A stretch of DNA of 64,000 nt from Selaginella moellendorffii (lineage: Eukaryota; Plantae; Lycopodiophyta), in NCBI RefSeq assembly GCF_000143415.4, contig NW_003314262.1, positions 1,043,960 to 1,107,959 of the forward strand, given 5' to 3'. Numbering within the stretch: position 1 is the first letter of the stretch; each line of letters begins with the position of its first letter. The position numbers were made by a program, and so were the translations under genes. Positions 1-11,114 of the stretch are shown here, in pieces. The notes below the pieces were generated by a model. The model did no database searches. It was not told where the DNA came from and saw nothing but the letters and a program-made list of their open reading frames with translations.

Positions 1-3000
1 ATAGTTTAAATTTATGAAATATGATAATTTAAAACATTTTACATTAATATTTTTTATTAATTTTATTTTTGATATATGAAAAATAAGTTATAAATATGAT
101 TGAGTATAAGGGCTACACAATACAACAAGCTGCCATATAAGGAATGTGATTCATTAATACTTAGAGTAGAACACTGTCAAGTCTTATGAAATCATCATAA
201 TAAAGAATGTTTTTTCTTATTACATATCACCATAAATTATATATTTATATTTTATAGAAAATTTTAAACTTAAAAATACAAAATTATTAAAAAATATTAA
301 TCATAAAAATATCAAGCACCCTATCTCATAGAATTGTGGCAGCCAAGAGGAATTCAACTAGACAAATGTGATGCAATTACATGAGAAATTTTTGAAGAGG
401 TAATGTGAAATCCAAGTATTGCTAACTTGTAGGTGGTCAAATGTCTTACATGTGAGATTGAAGTGGTGTACCATATAAAAGTTATCAAGTAGTCTACATT
501 CTAGTGGCAAGAATATGTCTATGTGGAGGCAATGTTAACCTATTTTATTTGTCAATATTTTTTACTGTTGGCATGGTTTATTGGCACTTCAATAAGATAT
601 TATTCCTATAAGGTATTGTATATGACAACATCAAGGTACTCAATGAATTTGAATTATGTTGAGCTTAATTGAGCTATTATTGGAAAGCACGTTTAACCTA
701 TGTATACAATATAAATCGAGTGCTGCTGTGAAGCAAGGAGTCTATATCCATGTCTAGCTCAGTATGTCTAACATCTAAGTTGGTGCCACCATCCTGTAAT
801 GTTTGTATCAATAGAGTTGAAGATAGCTGACTTTGGACATCAACAAAGAGGAATCACTTGATGAAAATTGGAGGTACTTAAGCAAGCTGAGAAAACTTAT
901 ATCTTCACAACCATGATACCAAGGTTTATATTCCAATATCCAAATTCCATATTCAAGAATTGGTGATTGTTCTCAAGCTTCTTCCAGTTTGCAGTGGAGA
1001 GGACAAGGCCCCAAACTTCCCCCACATAGGTGAGGACTGTGGTAACCTTAGTCTAATAGTATCCCAATCATCTTTTAAGTTACTTTTGGGAGCATGCATT
1101 TGTGGTAGCATTGATTCTTTCTGCCAATATTATAAATCCAAGGTATTTATAATCCTTATTTTGGACAAGGTGTTGACCATCATATTTTGTCTTTTACAAC
1201 CAAGGATTATGATTTGAATCTTAGCTAAGTTGAAAGCCAGCCTTGTAGCTTGATAAATAGGATGTGTAATCAATGTTGAAATTTATGGTAAGTAGTGGCT
1301 AAAAAAGGGAGGTCTTATATACAATAATCCAACCATATGAATCTTGGTATATAAGGACATTGATGTATAAGCCAAATATAGTGGACATCCTTATTTAATG
1401 CTGATAGAAAAATTAATTTGTTTGAGTCCTTGGCAGGCCACAAGAATAATGACAACATTTGTTCAATGGCAGCTAGTGGCATATTAATTTCTTGTAGTTG
1501 TTGAAATAATTTTTCACAGATGTTTTATATAACAAGATGATCTTCTATACCATATGCATAAATTATCCATGAATGCATGTGGCACTCTTTTGTTCAAGAT
1601 GCTATTCCAAAAAGGAGGGATTCCTTTGACTTCAAAGAGTGTTATCAACTATGTAAAGTTGACAACTTTAGCTTATACAAAACAACTTAGAATGTGATAG
1701 GTATAAAGTATGTTAGAAAGTCATCATTTACTAAAAATGCTTGTTTCAGTCGTTTTCAAAAAGTAGTATTTGTCCTATCAACTACACCCTATTGCTCTTC
1801 ATATTTTAAAACCCTATTGCAATAGTGACACCTTTTTCCACAGTAATACAAAGGCATTTTTATAGTAGCACACTAGTGAGATATATTTGCCCCATGCTGT
1901 AGTTTCACATTAGTAAAAAAGAATATGTTTCCAAAGTAGCTTATCAACTATCAATTTCAATTCTAACATGCAAAGCCATGCTGGAAAATTGTCACCAAGA
2001 ACATCTAATCTGAAATAGAACTGGGAAAAAGTAAAGTAAAGGAACCTCACCTAAGAAGAATACCACAAAATCTCAGTTAATGTTGTCTAAGTGATTATAA
2101 CTTTCAGCAAATCCACCAAATTCACCTAGATGTTTGAATTAAAAATTGCATAATAAATAGAAATGTCAAGCCATGTGACATATACCTCTCAAGGTGTCTT
2201 GCTATAATCCATAGAATCTCTGAGAAAAAAAGAGAGATTGTAATCATTTGAGTTTTGATTTCTTGCTTACCAATCACTCATGTTAGTGACATGACTTCCT
2301 AGATGGCTAAAGTCAAATATCTTTTCAAACTATCTTAGGTTTAAAAGTGTACATTAGCCTAGTAAAAAGAAACAAATAAAAAATTGATGCTTCCTCAAAC
2401 AAACATACTTTTGAAACTTCATGCTACCCTCTTGTGTATCAATTTCTCTAGGTCATAAAGTTGGTAAATAAGGAAGAATAAGACACAAAAGAGTAACAGG
2501 GAACATGAACAATCCTATTAAGAGGAGGGATTCCTTTGGCATTTTAGTCACATTCCCTCCCTATTACTCCAGCCCTAAAATGTCACAATTCAAAATTTCT
2601 TCTTCAAAAGTACTCTTGCTGATATTAAATATAAAATTATATTTATATAATACTATATATTTATAAATTAATAATTTAAAATATGATCTATAATCTAATT
2701 TTCATATAATTACATATAATTGTCTAATTCATGAGTATATAATAATTTTTCATATACAAGATAAATACTAAATTGGTAAACTCATTATATTGACAACTAA
2801 CTTTTTATGTGTCATGAGTCTGTAATAAAGAATTATTTATGTATATATAAGATCACAATTATGATTAATAATAATTGTTATGATTGAGTTACTGTTATTT
2901 CACAAACACTTCTTGATGCATACTGAAGTTTTAGCCATATAAAATTTCCAAATGTATATTCTCTGGGAGTGTCATATACATTTTTGTTATTTAGTAACTT

Positions 3001-4094
3001 TAAAAATTTTATATTTACCTTCATATTTTAAAGGTTCATATTAAACATAACATACATAACAAACCTTTATGGAAGGGCTAATACTGTTAGTTATAGTGTT
3101 TATAATTTTTTTTCTGCATTTTTAATAAGATGATGAAGGAAAAAACTAATAGATAAATAATGAGCTAGAAACACCACTTTTTCGAAGAATTAAATTAATA
3201 AAATGAACTAGTTAATTCATCATAAAGTATAAAGGTTTCTTAATAATATATAATTATTTTCTGAGATGATATAATAATGCTATAATATTTAAAAATATTA
3301 AGAAATTTTATTTTTTAAAAAATAAATAAAATCTTTATACAAGAATTTTTTTTAAAAATGGTTTCTTTAAATATATTAAAATATTATTTGAGAGTATAAA
3401 GAAATATAATATTATCATTTATATTCCATTGTTTTCATTTTGTTGTAAGTGTATAGAATATAAAAATAGAATATAGAAGTGTATGCATCAATTACCCCAA
3501 AAACCCTAGTTTATATATAAGAGCAAGTGGTCTAGATTGAAACTAATCCAATAACTAGGAAAATTCTACTATACTAATATTAGTTTACAACATTGTAGTT
3601 GTACACTTAAACTTCACATCATACTCTCCTCTCAATGGAAGATAGTCAAGATTCTTTAGTGGACGGGCTGGGATTTGGAGGAACATCAAGAGAAGGCCTT
3701 AGTGGATTTATAGGTGGTACCAATTGTTCCTAATCCCTTTATATGAAGTATTTCAGCTATTGCACATGTATAATTTCTGGAGGATTAGCATATTAGATGT
3801 CATGTTAAGCCTTATAAACTTGTAGTCCAACTTGCCATAACACTTGATATGGTCCCTTCTATTTGTGAGACACAAAATCCCTAGGCCCCAAAGTGGAGCC
3901 GGAAGGGTGCCACGTGGTAGTGGCCAAAGCGAAAGCCAAACGAGTGTAGCACGTTTGGACTAAAAGCTCCGACTTGAGAGGTCGAGAGCGGGAGTGGAAC
4001 TCCCAACAAAGTGCTCAAGGAGCGAGCATGAAGCGAACAATAAGCAAGGCTCCAAAAAGGGACCCAAAAAGGACCAACGCATGACACGTGGAAG

Positions 4095-4655
4095 TGTCCG
4101 AGATGGAGTCCGAGGCGGACCCTAGTTGGAGTCCGAGGTGGACCCGAGATGGAGTCCGAGATGAAGTCCGAGGTGGACCGAGACGGAGTCCGAGATGAAG
4201 TCCGAGGTGGACCGAGACGGAGTCCGAGGTGGAGTCCGAGATGGACCGAGACGGAGTCCGAGATGGAGTCCGAGATGAAGTCCGAGGTGGACTGAGATGG
4301 AGTCCGAGGTGGACCCGAGGTGGAGTCCGAGATGGACCGAGACGGAGTCCGAGATGGAGTCCGAGATGGACCGAGACGGAGTCCGAGATGGAGTCCGAGA
4401 TGGAGTCCGAGATGGACCGAGATGGAGTCCGAGATGGATCGAGACGGAGTCCGAGATGGACCGAGACGGAGTCCGAGAAGGACCCAAGATGGAGTCCGAG
4501 GTCGAGACCGAGACCGGGACCGAGACCAAGACCAAGACCGAGACCGGGACCGAGACCGGGACCGAGACCGAGACCGAGGCCAAGGCTGAGACCGAGCCCG
4601 AGTCCGAGTCCGAGTCCGAGTCCGAGTCTGAGTCCGAGTCCGAGTTCGAGTCTGA
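4095..4655. repeat. Degenerate tandem array of GAGTCCGAGATG / CCGAGA 6-12-mer units inside the family 2 LTR
   Basis: Directly visible. The same array occurs at 7435-7640, 46853-47150, 52520-52905 and 61036-61400. It produces the spurious SD/ES/RT-repeat ORFs in the track. Confidence 0.95.
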
Positions 4656-5004
4656 GAGGGTGAAAGCCCAAAGCGTTCGTCTCCCAGACCCTGGGGGGTT
4701 TGGTGAGCTCCAAAAGTATAGTAGGGGGAGGACTGCAGTGGAGCCAGTTTGGCCAGGAAAGGCCAGTTTGGCCCAGGAAGGGCCAGACCCAGTGTTGGGT
4801 GATGAACTGACCACTGGGAAGTCCAAGACTAGAGTGAATACGGACCGACAAGCGGGGTAGCTTGGTGAAGTGTTCAAGAGCCGGCTCTAGTTCCCCCGGG
4901 AGATCGACTGGCCGATGCTCCCAGTCCAAGTGTGGGTGGCACTACCTACTTGGATACCAGGCGTGGCTCAACGGAACCTCGCTCTAAGCCCATGGCTAGA
5001 GCAC

Positions 5005-5596
5005 TGTAAGCAACCAAAGGGAACGACTCGAGAACGATCCATAGGGGTTCAAATATAGAGGGAAAGGGCCCATGAACAAGAGTGCACCCCTTTTTCCAAT
5101 TGGTTAAGGGTCTTGGGATATTTGGGGTTAAGCGTCCTTGGGTTTGAATAGTACTGGGCTGGGTGACCTCCCGGGAAGTCCAAACTCAGGAGCTTACATT
5201 TGGTATCAGAGGGGTCTCGGGTCCGACTCTGTTGGTTGGCTAGGGGAATCGCACCACATGTTGATTGACATCTGGCTGGTCCAGTTTGCTCCGCTGGGCT
5301 CGACCCGAGGGGTAGGGTGTCAAGAGAGCGGGGCTCTCGGGAGAGCTGCGGCTCTCAGCTTCCGTTCACGAGGGCGTGAACTTGCAGGGAAGCGTGGTGG
5401 ATTGTAAGCAACCAAAGGGAACGACTCGAGAACGATCCATAGGGGTTCAAATATAGAGGGAAAGGGCCCATGAACAAGAGTGCACCCCCTTTTCCAATTG
5501 GTTAAGGGTCTTGGGATATTTGGGGTTAAGCGTCCTTGGGCTTGAATAGTACTGGGCTGGGTGACCTCCCGGGAAGTCCAAACTCAGGAGCTTACA
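5005..5596 (+). mobile_element. Cassandra-type TRIM (592 bp) with 5S rRNA-derived LTRs
   Basis: 194-bp LTRs at 5005-5198 and 5403-5596 (about 2 differences), TSD AGCAC, PBS TGGTATCAGAG at 5201-5211 (tRNA-iMet), purine tract before the 3' LTR, non-coding 204-bp interior. Each LTR contains GTTAAGCGTCCTTGGG...TAGTACTGGGCTGGGTGACCTCCCGGGAAGTCC, matching the plant 5S rRNA internal control region. Confidence 0.93.
5127..5181 (+). promoter_or_regulatory. 5S rRNA-derived Pol III internal promoter (A box, intermediate element, C box) in the Cassandra LTR; second copy at 5525-5579
   Basis: Matches the plant 5S segment GTTAAGCGTGCTTGGGCGAGAGTAGTACTAGGATGGGTGACCTCCTGGGAAGTCC (recalled consensus). Confidence 0.85.
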
Positions 5597-6349
5597 AGCA
5601 CCTAAAGGCGAAAGGCGGGGAGAGTACCCCGGTGGCTCGCGTAAGGCCACGGTGTTCCGAAATGTTGTCCCAAAGGCCTAGACTGTGGAAAGGAAGAAGA
5701 GCAGTCCTCTGGGGTAGTGACCAAGGACACAGTCGTGTGGTGAGGAAGTCCCAGAGGACCATGGGACTTAGTGGTCGGGCCTGTGGGCCTCGACCCAGTG
5801 GCAGTGTGGTCCTCTGGGACTTAGTGGTCGGGCCTGTGGGCCTCGACCCAGTGGCAGTGTTGGCAAACACGGCCAGGGGCAGAAAGGGACTTGGTAGGAA
5901 CTGACAAAGGGACTTTGGGGAAGGCGATTCCCCAGGTCTGTGGGCATCCCAAGGATGCTAAGGAGTGGATCTAGGATGACCACTCGTGGACAGATGGCCC
6001 AGTCTTGGAGAGCCAAGACTGTGATGCAAGTGGTATTGGACTACCAGTGTGGCAAAGGTGATTGGGCATGGCCTTAGCGTAACGGGCGGCTATGTCGGTG
6101 GTACCTTTGAGTGTCGGTCATGGGATCGGACACGTGGAGCACTTGGACCAAGTGCAAATGTTGAGTGGCATGGATGCCATTCTCGGGGCTAGCAAGTCCC
6201 AAGTCCTGGATTGGACTTATGGAGGTTGTGAATGAGACTCCTCCAAGTGGTCAGAGGTGTGGTTAAGTGACTAAAGTAGAATGGAAAAATTAGTCGCTTA
6301 CACTATTGAGTGAAGAGCTTAGACCCTTAGACAAACCACATATAATAAA

Positions 6350-6535
6350 ATTGGGAAAAGTGGGAGCTACTCTTGAGCACTTTCTTGGGTGGCACCATCC
6401 AAGTCCATACTCACTCCCACTCAAGTCCCCTAACCCCCAATCTCAACCTCAAGTCAATTTAAAAGCACCACTAGAGAGTTCTTTCAAGACTAATTCTTAG
6501 ACCTCACTATCTCTACTATACTTTTGGAACCCCTG
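6350..6535 (-). mobile_element. Decayed fragment of a family A LTR
   Basis: Aligns by eye with 45850-46035 (GTGGGAGCT..CTTGAGCAC..CCTCACTATC.CTACTATACTTTTGGAACCCC). Confidence 0.75.
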
Positions 6536-7403
6536 TCACTTTATTTAATGGATGAAAGTGAATGCAAAAATGAATACTCTCATTAGACTTCTTCACAAGA
6601 TGAGGCTTACACACCTAAAGACTCATTTGACTTTTGAATAATACCCTTTTCTAAATATTTCTTTGACATTTACATGTAAAATCTTGATCTCTTTGATGAC
6701 CAACGATGGATATGAACCTTGATTAGATGAGCATCCACAGTTAGATCTTGCAATCCTTTATGAGCCAGTCAACCATTGCAACACAAAGACCATCGAAGGG
6801 ATCTGAAGAAGGAATAAAGGAACAACATAAAAATATAGGAGGAAGTAATGGGGAGATAAAAGTGATGGAAGCAGAAGTAAAAGCAAAGGGATGAAGAAAA
6901 ATAGAAGTGAGAGGAATAAAAGAAATATAAAGAAATACAAAACAAGAGAAAGAAGCCTCAAAGTCACACTTGGCATTATTGTGCCGCAACCAATCCATAC
7001 TATGGATGAGGCCAAAAGTTTAACTCTGCACCACCCACAATAATTATAGCTCAAACTCGAGATCACTCACACACACAACTAGGTCTACCTCATCCTGTGT
7101 ACATGCGTATGTGCAATTGTTGCCATAAAGAATGAAAATTGGATCTACCCTATAATACAAATATAAATAGCAATATGTAGCAATAAGCTAAGTAATAGAA
7201 GATAAATTGGAGTCTATATCAACCAATACAGAGAGAATAATAGAAGACCTCTTTTTATAAAAATGAGCATGGAAAGTAAACACTAAATGAACTAGTCTCG
7301 AGTGAACCCCTTGATGAGAAGTAGAAGAGACAACATTTTATAACATTGTGCCAAGTGAAGAGCATCATCAAGGTGGCTAGAGAAAATGCATGCACAAATC
7401 CTA

Positions 7404-8357
7404 TATAAGACACAAATCCCAAAGCCCTGAAGTGGAGTCCGAGATGGAGTCCGAGATGGAGTCCAAGATGGAATCCAAGATAGAGTCCAAGATGGAATCC
7501 AAGATAGAGTCCAAGATGGACCCGAGATGGAGTCTGAGATGGACTTGAGATGGAGTCTAAAATGGAACTAAGACCGAGACCAAGACCAAAACTGAGACCA
7601 AGTCTGAGTCCGAGACTAAGTCTGGGTCCGAGTCTAAGTCCAAATACTAATACAAGTTGTTGGGTGAAAGCCCAAAGCAATCATCCCTCAGGGGAGGGCT
7701 GTAGGGGGTTCCAAAAGTATAATAAGGAGAGTGTAGGGGTTGGACCCAGTGGAGCCAATTTGGCTAGAAAAGGCCAGTTTGGCCAAGGAAGGCTATACCA
7801 ATTTGTTAGGTGATGAGACAACCACTGAGAAGTCCAAGGCTAGAGTGAATATGGACCGACAAGCGGGGTATCTTGGTAAAGTGTTCAAGAGCCAACTTTA
7901 GTTCCCCCGGGAGATTGAATAGTCAATACTCCCAATCCAAGCGTAGGTGGCACTACCTACTTGATACCTGGCGTGGCTCAACGGAACCTCACTCTAAGCC
8001 CATGGTTAGAGCACCCAAAGGGGGAAGATGGGGAGAGTACCCATGATGCTCGCATAGGGCCATGGTGTTCTGAAATGTTGTCCCAAAGTCTCAGCTTGTG
8101 GAAAGGAAGAGGAGTGGTCCTTTGGTGTAGTGACCAAGGATACGGTTGTATGGTGAGGAAGTCCCAAAGGACAGTGGGACTTAGTGGTCAAGCCTATAAG
8201 CCTTGTCCCAGCAGTAATCTTGGCGAACACAGCCATGGATAGGAAAGGGACTTGGTGGGGACTGTAAAAGGGATATTGGGGAAGGCTATCCCCCATGTTT
8301 GTAGGCATCCTAAAGATGCTAAGGAGTGGATTTAGGATAATCCCTCATGTACGGATA
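7404..8357 (+). mobile_element. Old, truncated family 2 LTR
   Basis: Collinear with 3864-5995 but lacks the TRIM and carries many C>T/G>A changes. Confidence 0.8.
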
Positions 8358-8629
8358 GCAAGCAAATCTATGGGTTACTGCAAGGTTCTCCCTCTCTCCT
8401 TCTTTCCCTGTGTGTGGGATTATGTGCAGAATTCTCTTTCAATGTACTTCGGTTATAAATTATATTTTCTTCTGGTAAGAAAATGGTACTGCATGCATGG
8501 TGCCCCATCTTTGATAAGGTTGGTTTACGTGTTCTGCTATGCTGGCTGAAAGTGTATGGCTTGCTTTCCCTTTTACAAATCTATCCACAACGTAGCTGTC
8601 GGGTCTTGCCTCCATTTGTCTGTCACTGT

Positions 8630-9786
8630 TCCAGTAGCATCCAAGACTGTGTACATGACAGCCATTGGAAACCACAAGAGGTACTCACAAAGTCTTATGA
8701 AAACTTGTAGATTGATCTGTGTGGTTTTCAGAGATTATCCAGGCTCAGGATCTTTGTATAACACACCAGACTCAGGTGGCAAGTGTGGGGTCCCATATCA
8801 AACTTATTTTCAGATGCCTGGTACTCAATGGCTATCGGCCCCATGCAGTTCACAGTCATCTCTATAGAACACGACTGGAGCTCGACCAGCGAACAAGTCC
8901 ACTTTCTTATTCTTTTCATCTTTACTTCAACGAAACCTTCTTCTACAGTATGCTTGGATGAAATCTGACCTTGAATCTGTCGACAGATTCAGTACACCAT
9001 GGATAGTTTCACAGGGTAACTGTTTTTATCCACATTTTCATTCTGTAAACTCATGTGTGCTATTTTTCTTTCAGTCATCAACCTATGTACTCCACTCAAC
9101 TGCGGGGGATTTATTTCTAAACTTTACCAGGTGTGGATCTGAAATTTGTAGCAGCTGTGGAACCATTGCTCTTGAGAAACAAGGTAAAACACGTGCTAAG
9201 GCCTCTCCTTTTGCAAACTTTTTAATTGCCATATGGTCTAACATGGACAATTCCATGCCTTAGAGGGAAAACTAGAATGAAACTGTCTTTTTTCTTTTTT
9301 TTTTTTTCTGTTTTTTTGCACAGTTTGATTTAGCAGTGTGGGGGCATGTTCACAATTACGAGCGAACTTGTGCTGTGTTTCAGGGCCGCTGCCTGCAGCA
9401 CCCAATCAAGGATTTAGCAGGCGTCGATTTCTTTGACACTACAATTTACTCAGCTCCAGTTCACACCGTGGTTGGCATGGCCGAATTCACCCTGGATGAC
9501 TTCCCTCATAATGTAAGCTTGCAGCTTTGTTTCCTATATTCAAGCTCTTTACATGGTATTGATATTCTACCTTTTCTATTTTTTTTTTCAACGATTCGAA
9601 GGTCAGCATTTGGATATGCAAGAGTGACAGCTGATAAGAAAAAGCTACTGTTTGAGGTAGATGAATTGCGTTCTTGGTTCTTGCATGTTATTTATGTATT
9701 TTTCATTCCAGTACATTACAACGGACGGAACAGTAGCTGACCGGTTTAAAATTGCCAAGCTAGATTGGGGATTTTCCAGGCTATGA
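8630..9786 (+). pseudogene. Purple acid phosphatase (nucleotide pyrophosphatase-type) 3' fragment, multi-exon
   Basis: Spliced motifs YMTAIGNHKR/DYPGSGS..DSGGKCGVPY, WYS..GPMQFTVIS.EHDW...SEQ, VDR..TPW, WGHVHNYERTC, PVH.VVGMA and FGYARV. No N-terminal exons are recognisable, and conserved residues are substituted (GNHE>GNHK, GGEC>GGKC, MAG>MAE). Confidence 0.8.
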
Positions 9787-9839
9787 ACGATTTCAAGCTT
9801 TTCAAGTTCAATAGTTTGCTTGTAGAGCTTGCTGATTTG

Positions 9840-10440
9840 CTTGACGCTGCCAAGAGCTCTTGCTTTGCTGCACAGCACCTGTTTTTGGATCTTGCCAGTT
9901 GCGGTTTTGTCCAAGGCTGTGAGAATGACGATGCTCTTTGGCACTATGAACTTCGGTAAATGCTGTCGATAGAACGAGCTCCTCCTTGTTGCTTCTCACG
10001 CCGTACTTGAGGGACACAAACGCACATGGAGACTCGCCCCACTGCTCATCTGGCCGTGCCACCACAGCAGCTTCCAACACTGCTGCATGCCTGGAAGCAA
10101 ACTTTAACGAGAAACAAAGAAGGATAATATCCTTGGCTCGATCCTTGATCTTGATGTATCCATTGGGATGCCAAACTGCCAAGTCCCCGGAGTGGAACCA
10201 TCCTCCTCTAAAGCTCTCCAGCGTTGCCTCTGGATTGTTCAAGAACCCCTTGAACACCATGTTCCCACACATGCAAACTTCGCCAATGGTGACACCGTCC
10301 TTGGCAACCGGTTCCAGAGTTTTGGAGTTGAGCACCTGTAAGCCATCGAGGTAAACGTATTTCATGCCCTGCTGAGCCTTGAGCCTGGCCTGCTCATCGG
10401 GCAAAAGGCTGTCCCATTCGGGATTCCATTCGCACCCAGT
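9840..10440 (-). pseudogene. Acyl-activating enzyme (AMP-binding; AAE1/AAE7-like) C-terminal fragment
   Basis: Motifs WNPEWDSL..EQARLKAQQG, GEV..GNMVFKG, GWFHSGDLAV.HP.GYI.IKDRAKDII, LEAAVVARPDEQWGESPCAFV and KTATGKIQK. There is a frameshift near 9960, the ISGGENISS motif is missing and there is no N-terminal half. Confidence 0.85.
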
Positions 10441-11114
10441 GCATGGACCACAGTGCATGAAAGAGTGGGAAGAGGCTAGCTGCCTATTTTTCTTTCTATG
10501 CACTTCCTTTATGGTTATCTCCAGTTTATTTTTGAGTAGGTGGTATCTGTGGCTATATATATTTGAATGTGGAGTCATTCTAGAGAAATGCGAAACAACA
10601 TGATGACTTGAGTTCCAACCCAGGCCCAGTGCATCTCCTCTTTTTATTGACCCACCACAATGATGAGCATCTCTTATGCTAAGAAGAAAACGTAAGCTTT
10701 TAGGTAATAGCTTATAGTGCCACAATTTCGTCTGTACCAACTGTCAGCATTGCAAACTTTGTGGAGTCATGTAGAGGCCGAGACTCTGTAGGTTCTGTTG
10801 AAGGTGTTATAGTGATCATCAATGATATAGGCTACAACAGTGGTCAACTCACAATAACAGATAACATCAACGAGTCTGATATGATAATAGTAAGTTCAAT
10901 ATAGCATGTGGATTCCTGACAATAATCTATATGATGACAGCTCAAATTCCATGGCAACATGATGGAATTATTCAAAGAGTTGATGAATGAATTCTTTTCT
11001 GGAACTCCACCAACAAGATGTTTCATTAATTTTACAAGGAGCATAAGTCAGACGTGGCCCTATTCCACAGAAAGTAACATAGGTTTTATTTTCAGGGTTT
11101 GGTGTCTCCTCCAC

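Larger units (their letters stand above)
3864..6302 (+). mobile_element. Solo LTR of LTR family 2 (TGTGAGAC...CGCTTACA), containing a nested Cassandra TRIM
   Basis: TG...CA ends with a perfect 5-bp TSD CTATT (3859-3863 / 6303-6307). Collinear with the LTR at 51524-53134 (minus), which abuts a PBS. Confidence 0.9.

Noticed and set aside
400-2600. Possible highly decayed DNA-transposon coding remnant in the AT-rich left end
   Set aside because: Only faint motif-like fragments are visible and no family can be supported by eye.
4095-4655. Possible CRISPR-like repeat array
   Set aside because: There are no unique spacers. It is a degenerate tandem repeat inside a eukaryotic LTR.
4015-4929. Long ORFs rich in SD, ES, GL or RT dipeptide repeats (also at 25.5-26.8, 32.9-33.3, 46-47.4, 52.2-53.2 and 60.6-61.7 kb)
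   Set aside because: They are translations of the stop-poor LTR minisatellite in several frames at once, not real proteins.
5127-5181. Functional 5S rRNA gene
   Set aside because: Only about 55 nt of the internal control region is present, embedded in TRIM LTRs.
5763-5859. Tandem duplication of about 45 bp (52-bp period) in the family 2 solo LTR
   Set aside because: It is absent from the LTR at 51524-53134, so it is a private slippage event with no evident function.
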